A stretch of 64,000 nt of DNA from Eledone cirrhosa (lineage: Eukaryota). The notes below the pieces were generated by a model. The model saw only the letters and a list, made by a program, of their open reading frames with translations. It was not told the origin of the DNA and did not search any database. A program made the translations under genes and the position numbers. Where the stretch lies: positions 274,598,001-274,662,000 of the forward strand of contig OZ024740.1 in the NCBI GenBank assembly GCA_964016885.1. The letters run 5' to 3'. Position 1 is the stretch's first letter; each line of letters opens with the position of its first letter. Positions 56,822 to 64,000 of this stretch are shown piece after piece.

Positions 56822-57940
56822 AAGTGTCAGACTGTTGTTCACAAATATAGCTTAGGCCTTTTCCACCAAATGGAGAAATTCCAGAAACCTTTTATGAGGC
56901 AAATAACCTCGCCAAAGACTGGAGCTACTTCAATCATTACATCTCTATACTCTGGAATGCTGGTGTGAATCACATTACACACATACACAGTTTGTAAATA
57001 TATTTGCATGGATATATTTAATGGTTCCTGATTTAGGCACATGACCAACAGTTTTGGGGGAGGGGAAATTCAATCAAATTGACCCCTATGCGTCACTATT
57101 ACTTTATTTAAATAGCCTGCAAGGATGAAACACAAAGACAACCTCAGTGGGATTTGAAATCAGAACATAAAGGGACGTAACTCTATGCCATAAAGCAAAT
57201 TGTTCGTCATTCTACTGATGCTGCCAATCCACCACCCATGCATACATATAGTAAACATACTTTTAGCCTCGTTTTGCTAATGTGCACTCTGGTGGAATCA
57301 CAACAAAGTTGTTTTGGCACAAAAAAAGTGAAAAATAAACTTCAGAAAATGTTGCTGGTCATTGCCTGCCGACCTAGTGTATTTATGATCTTTTGAGATT
57401 GCACAGCAAATTTAAAACTTCAATTACATTTATTTAAGTTTTGCAATAATATAAGATGTCTTAGATAGTCAATGCTTAGCTTTAACAATTGCTGTGAGAA
57501 TACTTTGAGATAATCAATAGGGTGTTCAATATCATTTTTTTTTTAAATAATCAAAGATAATTAAATATGCTATCCATTCCACCAAATACACACACACATA
57601 CACCCATACATATTCCCATAAACATTTATACAAATATATGCTCATAAACACACACACACACACACACACATATTATACTCTGACTAGCATATGCATTAGA
57701 TGTATAGTCATGTATTGCTAAGAACATGACTATAATGGAAATTTAGTGGTTCACTATCAAAGATTCTCTACGTAAGGCTATATATTACATGTATTATTAA
57801 AAGCAGCTTAGCGTCCAGTATTTTGTTATATTCAATATCTCAAGTAGAATTAAATTGTTTCAATGTTTTGTTGTTTAAAGCAGATTGGTCTGGTGTTAAC
57901 TACATTAAATACCTGTTTCATTTTTCATGCCTAAAGAATA

Positions 57941-58151
57941 TACCGTATATACTCAAATATAAGCTGAGGAATATGTGACCAAAAAATCGATGGTAAAATT
58001 GCTGGTGGTCGGCTTATATACACCATCTAAACAATGTGTTGATTAGCTGCCCCGGCTTAAAAATTGGATTTGGATTTTTGTCCATTCCTCAGACATAAAA
58101 TAGGAGGGTCGGCTTATATTTGGACCGGCTTATATTCGAGTATATACAGTA
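57941..58151. mobile_element. Tc1/mariner-superfamily (pogo/Tc2-like) MITE
   Basis: TA|CCGTATATACTCAAATATAAGCTG ... CGGCTTATATTCGAGTATATACAG|TA; internal GTCGGCTTATA subrepeats. Confidence 0.85.
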
Positions 58152-59157
58152 AGTGCCAAACACACATAGAAATGGTAGAACATGCAAGGAATGCCAAACA
58201 GATCTTTGTAGGCAATCATTGTGTGATACCTGAAGATTGTGCTAGACGTTCTTTATAAATCTACAGATTCCCTAAAATATGGCCATTTGTAGACTTGAGT
58301 AGCTACTGACAAAGACAGCAGCAAATAGGAATGATGAGGAATTATGGAGGGAGAAGGGGAGGAGGGGGAGGAGGGGGAGGAGGGGAGGGGAGGAGGAGGA
58401 AGAAGAAGATCTAGAAGTGATGGAAACAAATAAAAGATTTGAACTTAGAACATAAGAAGTATAATGAAATTTTAGTTTGATATTCTGCTGTATCTGAAAA
58501 CTCAATTCTATCCCCCTTTAATACAACAGGTAAAAATAGATTTGGAAATAAACGTTATTGAAATTGTTTGGAAGTATTGTAAACGTCCCTCAGAAAATTC
58601 TAAAGAATACTGACTTCTTTATGCTAGGCACAAAATTAATTCTGTTAGTATTTTGGGAACTATGAAATCAATTGAATCAAAATTAAATTTGATACTTTGT
58701 ATCATTACATCTCTTATATTGATTCCATACCAAGCCACTTTGCAAATGGCTTATATTTTACTAGCTCTGGTAAATAGAGTCCTCAATTGGATTCTTCTTC
58801 TTCTTCTTCTTCTTCTTCTTCTTCTTCTTCTTCTGCTTTTCTTCTTCTGCTTCTCCTCCTCCTTCTTTTTCGTCTTCTTATTTTCCTCCTCCTCACCCTC
58901 TTCTTCTTCTTCTTCTTCTTCTTCTTCTTTGTGCTTTTTTAAGTGCTCAAGAGAGGTTGTCATGTCTCTGACACAACTAAGGGATCCTCCCGACCCTTTG
59001 TTTGCCAAGCTTTCTGCAACTGGATATCTTTCCTATCACCAAACACTTTACAGCGTGTACTGGGTGCAATTATCATGCAGATCACGAACACTAGAGAGGT
59101 TGCCATACACCAGCACAACTGAAGAGTCCTCTTGACCTATGTATATATATATATATA

Positions 59158-60329
59158 TGAATAAAATTAGTCCTTCATTGGTATTTCTTCGTTTAAAGAT
59201 CATATACCTGTGGTTGTTGCGAGCAATAATTAAAGAAAGTTATTGGGACACGTAAATAGGGTGAAGCGAGCGAGACATGTAAACAAACATAGATGGTAAT
59301 GCAACGGAAAGAGAGGAAGAGAAGAGACAAGCCCGTGATATCTATGAACTCAAGCTCGGTGAAATCATAGACGAGAGGTAAAGACCATCCGACCTGGGCG
59401 AGATGTGAGCGAGAAAAGGATTTCACACAGGTCAAACGGGAGGAAGTGAGAGAGGGGGTCGAAGCAGAAAGTGAGTGAGTGAAAGTGTGAGGAAGTGTGA
59501 GCTGAGAGAGAGTGACTGGCAGAGGAGGTAAAAAGAAGGTGAGAGATACAGAGAAAGGGGAAGCAGTAAGAAAGAAACAGATAGGACGCAGCGGAGAAAA
59601 AGATATAAAAATATATGAAAAATGGCGTGCTGCGGGTTTGCACATGGGTTACATATGAATAAAATTAGTCCTTCATCAATGATCTTCCAACCTTCATTGG
59701 TATTTCTTCGCTTTGAAGATCATATACCTCTGCTTGGTGCAAGCAATAACTAAAGAAAGTTATTGGGACACTATTCATATGTAACCCATGTGCAAACACG
59801 CAGCACGCCATTTTTCATATATTTATATTTTTTCCACCGCTGCGACCTCTTTGTTTCTTTTTACTGCTTCCCCTATCTCTGTATCTCTCACCTTCTTTTT
59901 ACCCCCTCTGCCAGTCACTCTCTCTCAGCTCACACTTCCTCACACTTTCACTCACTCACTTTCTGCTTCGACCCCCTCTCTCACTTCCTCCCGTTTGACC
60001 TGTGTGAAATCCTTTTCTCGCTCGTATCTCGCCCAGGTCGGATGGTTTTTACCTCTCGTCTATGATTTCACCGAGCTTAAGTTCATAGATATCACGGACT
60101 TGTCTCTTCTCTTCCTCTCTTTCCATTGCATTACCATCTATGTTTGTTTACATGTCTCGCTCGCTTCACCCTATTTACGTGTCCCAATAACTTTCTTTTG
60201 TTATTGCTCGCACCAACCAGAGGTATATGATCTTTAAAGCGAAGAAATACCAATGAAGGTTGGAAGATCACTGATGAAGGACTAATTTTATTCATATGTA
60301 ACCCATGTGCAACCACGCAGCACACCATT

Positions 60330-60334
<5 letters not shown>
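59158..60334. mobile_element. Inverted pair of >1-unit copies of a ~517-bp non-coding repeat
   Basis: Minus arm 59158-59771, plus arm 59772-60334; each arm has a terminal direct repeat. Confidence 0.85.
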
Positions 60335-60372
<38 letters not shown>

Positions 60373-60373
<1 letters not shown>

Positions 60374-62727
60374 CGAAGGAAATATGGTAAGGAACCAGAT
60401 GGACCATCCAAAGTACTCAATACTTAGGGTAGTAGAGTGGGTAATAGGAACAAGTAGGACCCCGACGGCTGAGCTCAAGCCGTTTCGACGGCTAATTCTG
60501 GACTAAATGTTTAGACTGGTAAATGAATAGCCGAACTTCTCAGGGGATAATTCCATATATGGTAAAAGTGATTGTCACAAGGATTGGTCAAAAGTTTGAT
60601 GTTAAGACACATGATTCTATCATGGCATTTTGTGGGAGGTAGGATTAGCTGAATTTGCCAGTAGAAGAAAGAGGGAGGGGGAGTGGAGGAAACCCAGTCA
60701 AGCGTTGAAAGTGAAAACTACAGCAGATTCTAAGGATAGTGTATAGAAGGTCGAAAAAAGTATACTAGAGAAGGGGAGGGGGGAAGTTGAAACAATAAGA
60801 AAATCTAAATGGAGTAAATATATAGAAAATATAAAAAAATATAAAAAAATATAAATAAAACATTTCTTGTTACTAGTCCCCTTCCACAATCACCAAAATT
60901 CTCACTGGTACTGCTAAGCTATAGAAAAGTTTAATAAGTGGGAAGGAATACTAAATACGAGATTGTAGTGAAATAATTTTATGTGGCCATCATTACAGGG
61001 GGTCTACCACCACTACAATAGTTAGTAGTAATCGACCAAATCTATTTTACAATGACAGGTCAACAAGTTGAGGGCCAACATACTAAAAAAACTAATACGA
61101 AATATTAATTCAGAATCCCGAAACATGAATACTAATACGATATATGTAATTACTGCTACAATACATAAATTCTAATACAATCTACATACATACTCATACA
61201 ATATATATAAAAAACTAATACAATATATATAAATACTGCTACAATACATAAATTCTAATACAATCTACATAAATACTCTTACAATATATATGAAAAACTA
61301 ATACGAAAAATTAATTCAGAATCCCAAAAAATTAATACTGATATACGAGAAACTAAAGCAGAAATACCACTAAGAAATCTAGAAATCACGGAAATGGGGC
61401 AGCAACCAGAGCAGAAAGCAAGTACCTGGGGTCTAGCACATCTGCTATAAAAAGCGGAATCGGTCAATTATCATAAAATAAGGGTGTGGGGGTACTAAGG
61501 CTACAGAGGACGGAAGGGCTGCATCGGGGTGGGCGAGAAGGTGAAAAGAACGACGACAAAGAAAGAGGTATGGGGTGGAAGGACTAGGAAGGGATGGGGG
61601 GAAGAAGGAGGGGGAAGAAGGAAATATAGAGGGAACGATAAGAAATATATAAAAAAATATATAAAAAGTTACGTCTACCTTTGTAAGCAGGGGTTACCCC
61701 TTACAAAGTCGGCAAGTGGGGTGTTTCAGCTCTTGTCTGCCCCCCCCCCCCTCCGGGTGATTATGGGGTTTGAGGGCGAGGTAAGTACTACGCAATCTGT
61801 GTTTGCATGCAGTTACCAGTTCGTCTTTCTTGTTTAGGAGTTGGTCCGTCGAAAACAACATTTGTAATGTTTCCTCCCGTGTAAGAGTTGGCTCTGGACA
61901 GTAAGCTCCAAGTGAGATTATAGGTTATATTATTATCTTTGAGGTCCCAGATGTGGCCCGAAAGTGTAGTGGCATGACGCCGGGCTGGGTTTCGGAAAGT
62001 ATGTCTGTGTTGGTATAGCCGAATTAATATTTCGTATTAGTTTCGGGATTCTGAATTAATATTTTGTATTAGTTTTTTTAGTATGTTGGCCCTCAACTTG
62101 TTGACCTGTCATTGTAAGATAGATTTGGCCGATTACTACTAACTATTGTAGCGGTGGAAGACCCCCTGTAATGATGGCCTCATAAAATTCTTTCACTACA
62201 ATCTCGTATTTAGTATTCCTTCCCACCTATTAAACTTTTCTATAGCTTAGCAGTACCAGTGAGAGATTTGATGATTGTGGAAGGGGACTAGTAACCAGAA
62301 ATTGTTTTTATTTATTTTTTTAATTTTTATATTTTTTATATTTTCTATATATTTACTCCATTTAGATTTACTTATTTTTTCAACTTCCTCCCCCTCCCCT
62401 TCTCTAGTATACTTTGTTCGACCTTCTATACACTATCTTTAGAATCTGCTGTAGTTTTCACTTTCAACGCTTGACTGGGTTTCCTCTACTCTCCCTCCCT
62501 CTTTCTTCTACTGGCAAGTTCAGCTACTCCTACCTTCCACAAAATCCATGATAGAATCATGTGTCTTAACAACAAACTTTTGACCAATCCTTGTGACAAT
62601 CACTTTTACCATATATGGAATTACCCCTGAGAAGTTCGGCTATTCATTTACCAGGCTAAAAAATTTCATTTAGTCCAGAATTAGCCATCGAAACGGCTTG
62701 AGCTCAGCCGTCGGGGTCCTACTTGTT

Positions 62728-62732
<5 letters not shown>
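60373..62732 (-). mobile_element. Fold-back PLE of a different Hydra-type family
   Basis: 60444-61124 is inverted at ~62041-62732 (diverged); GIY-YIG C-terminal remnant in the spacer; degenerate HHR at 60460-60546 (-) and 62624-62716 (+). Confidence 0.85.
61765..62021 (-). pseudogene. GIY-YIG C-terminal fragment (not in the ORF track)
   Basis: Manual translation RLYQHRHTFRNPARRHATTLSGHIWDLKDNNITYNLTWSLLSRANSY, then frameshifted LLNKKDELVTACKHRLRSTY; aligns with RYNNHKNSF..STALSGVLWQLK..W.IVSR..LNLRTNLFSCCKHRLNST. Confidence 0.85.
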
Positions 62733-62788
<56 letters not shown>

Positions 62789-62789
62789 A

Positions 62790-62900
62790 TGATATTAATA
62801 AATAGAAACTATATTTATAAAACCATATTTATTCTATTATATTTCAAGGGTACCAAAACTTTGGTACGCTCTCATCAGATAAAATAAAAAATTTGTTTTA
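62790..62900 (-). mobile_element. Solo pLTR end related to the 21400-21525 terminus, with HHR-like motif
   Basis: aaactatatttataaaaccatatttatt shared; minus strand CTGATGA-GAG.GTACCAA..TTGGTAC.CTT-GAAA-TATA with shortened stem III. Confidence 0.7.
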
Positions 62901-62997
62901 TAAATAGTGACATACCCAGGAATCAGACCTTAACGGTTCAGGTTCTGTTTGTTATAAATATATTTGTTGAATTACCAACAAATTAAATATATCTTTG

Positions 62998-63036
<39 letters not shown>

Positions 63037-63060
63037 GTTTAATGTCTATCTTCCACGCTA

Positions 63061-63099
<39 letters not shown>

Positions 63100-63198
63100 C
63101 GCATGTATATATAATAGAAAAAACGAGGAAGTTTTGTTTACATATGAATAATATTTATTGTGTACCAACCTGCTACGCACATTTATTAATCAAAAGGG

Positions 63199-63257
<59 letters not shown>

Positions 63258-64000
63258 TAAAAATATAAATAAAGTGAGAGAGAGTGATAAATTAGAGTTG
63301 AAGGGGAGAAAGTATGGATGAGGAAGATAAAAAGGTGATATTATAGATGACAAATGTTCTAATCTAGAACAGTGTTCTATTTTGTCATTTCACAAAATGA
63401 AAAGCTTAAAACATTTTCATTTCTCATCTTCCGTTTCTACTCCCACCACATTAACATGTTCACTCTTTCTCCATCTTCTTTTTCAATATGTTATTTTTAC
63501 CAAAAGCATGGCTGAGAGTTAGAAATCTTTTATCAGAATTTTTTATCCTAGCATGGATCTGTGCCAGATTTTGAAAGGATTTTTTTAGAAATGGTGACAT
63601 TATTTCAAGACACACCTTCATGCTTATTATATACATTTGTATGGTACTTCCACCTTTTCAGTTATTCGTAAACCTTCTGCTTCAAATTCTCTAATTTTAT
63701 GTGTGTTTTGCCACCATTCTGCCACACATCTAACCAACTCACATCAAGCACTTTTTGTGGTAACCATTGCATTCTTCTTGCAGTTCAAATCAATCAGTTA
63801 CTCTTTTTGCCTCACAATTAGCTGTTGAAAGATAGTTTCTTCATTCCTTAAGCTTTTGCTCTCACTCCATTGTTCTCTTCCCTTATTTTCTCTATAATTC
63901 ATTACTCTCATTATTCTCAATGAAAATCTGCTTGTATTTATTTTATTTCTCCATGACGTCTCAATACCATACCTAAATTTCTTTCTCTCTTTCTCTCTCT

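Noticed and set aside
58751-59008. Glu/Lys/Arg-rich ORF
   Set aside because: Translation of a (CTT)n tract attached to a decayed retroposon tail.

Overview
AT-rich eukaryotic (animal) DNA. The repeat repertoire resembles coleoid cephalopods such as Octopus, which is an inference. No host protein-coding gene is recognisable. The window is a mosaic of retroelements embedded in long (TA)n/(TATACA)n arrays; the many 'YIYI' ORFs are microsatellite artefacts. It contains a near-intact CR1/L2-group LINE, several RTE LINE copies, tRNA-derived SINEs, piggyBac- and Tc1/pogo-type MITEs, and at least four Penelope-like element (PLE) insertions with RT and/or C-terminal GIY-YIG sequence. All four PLEs are fold-backs: an inverted copy of the 3' end joined to a 5'-truncated copy, with tails pointing outward into (TA)n. 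About ten small non-coding fold-backs follow the same plan. Roughly ten distinct minimal type-I hammerhead ribozyme (HHR)-like motifs can be read by eye, some degenerate. The most unusual structures are: a 6.2-kb fold-back whose arms both carry ~1.3 kb of passenger DNA with HHRs of two other families; a palindrome centred just downstream of a predicted HHR cleavage site; and a circularly permuted ~517-bp non-coding unit. All alignments and folds were done by eye.
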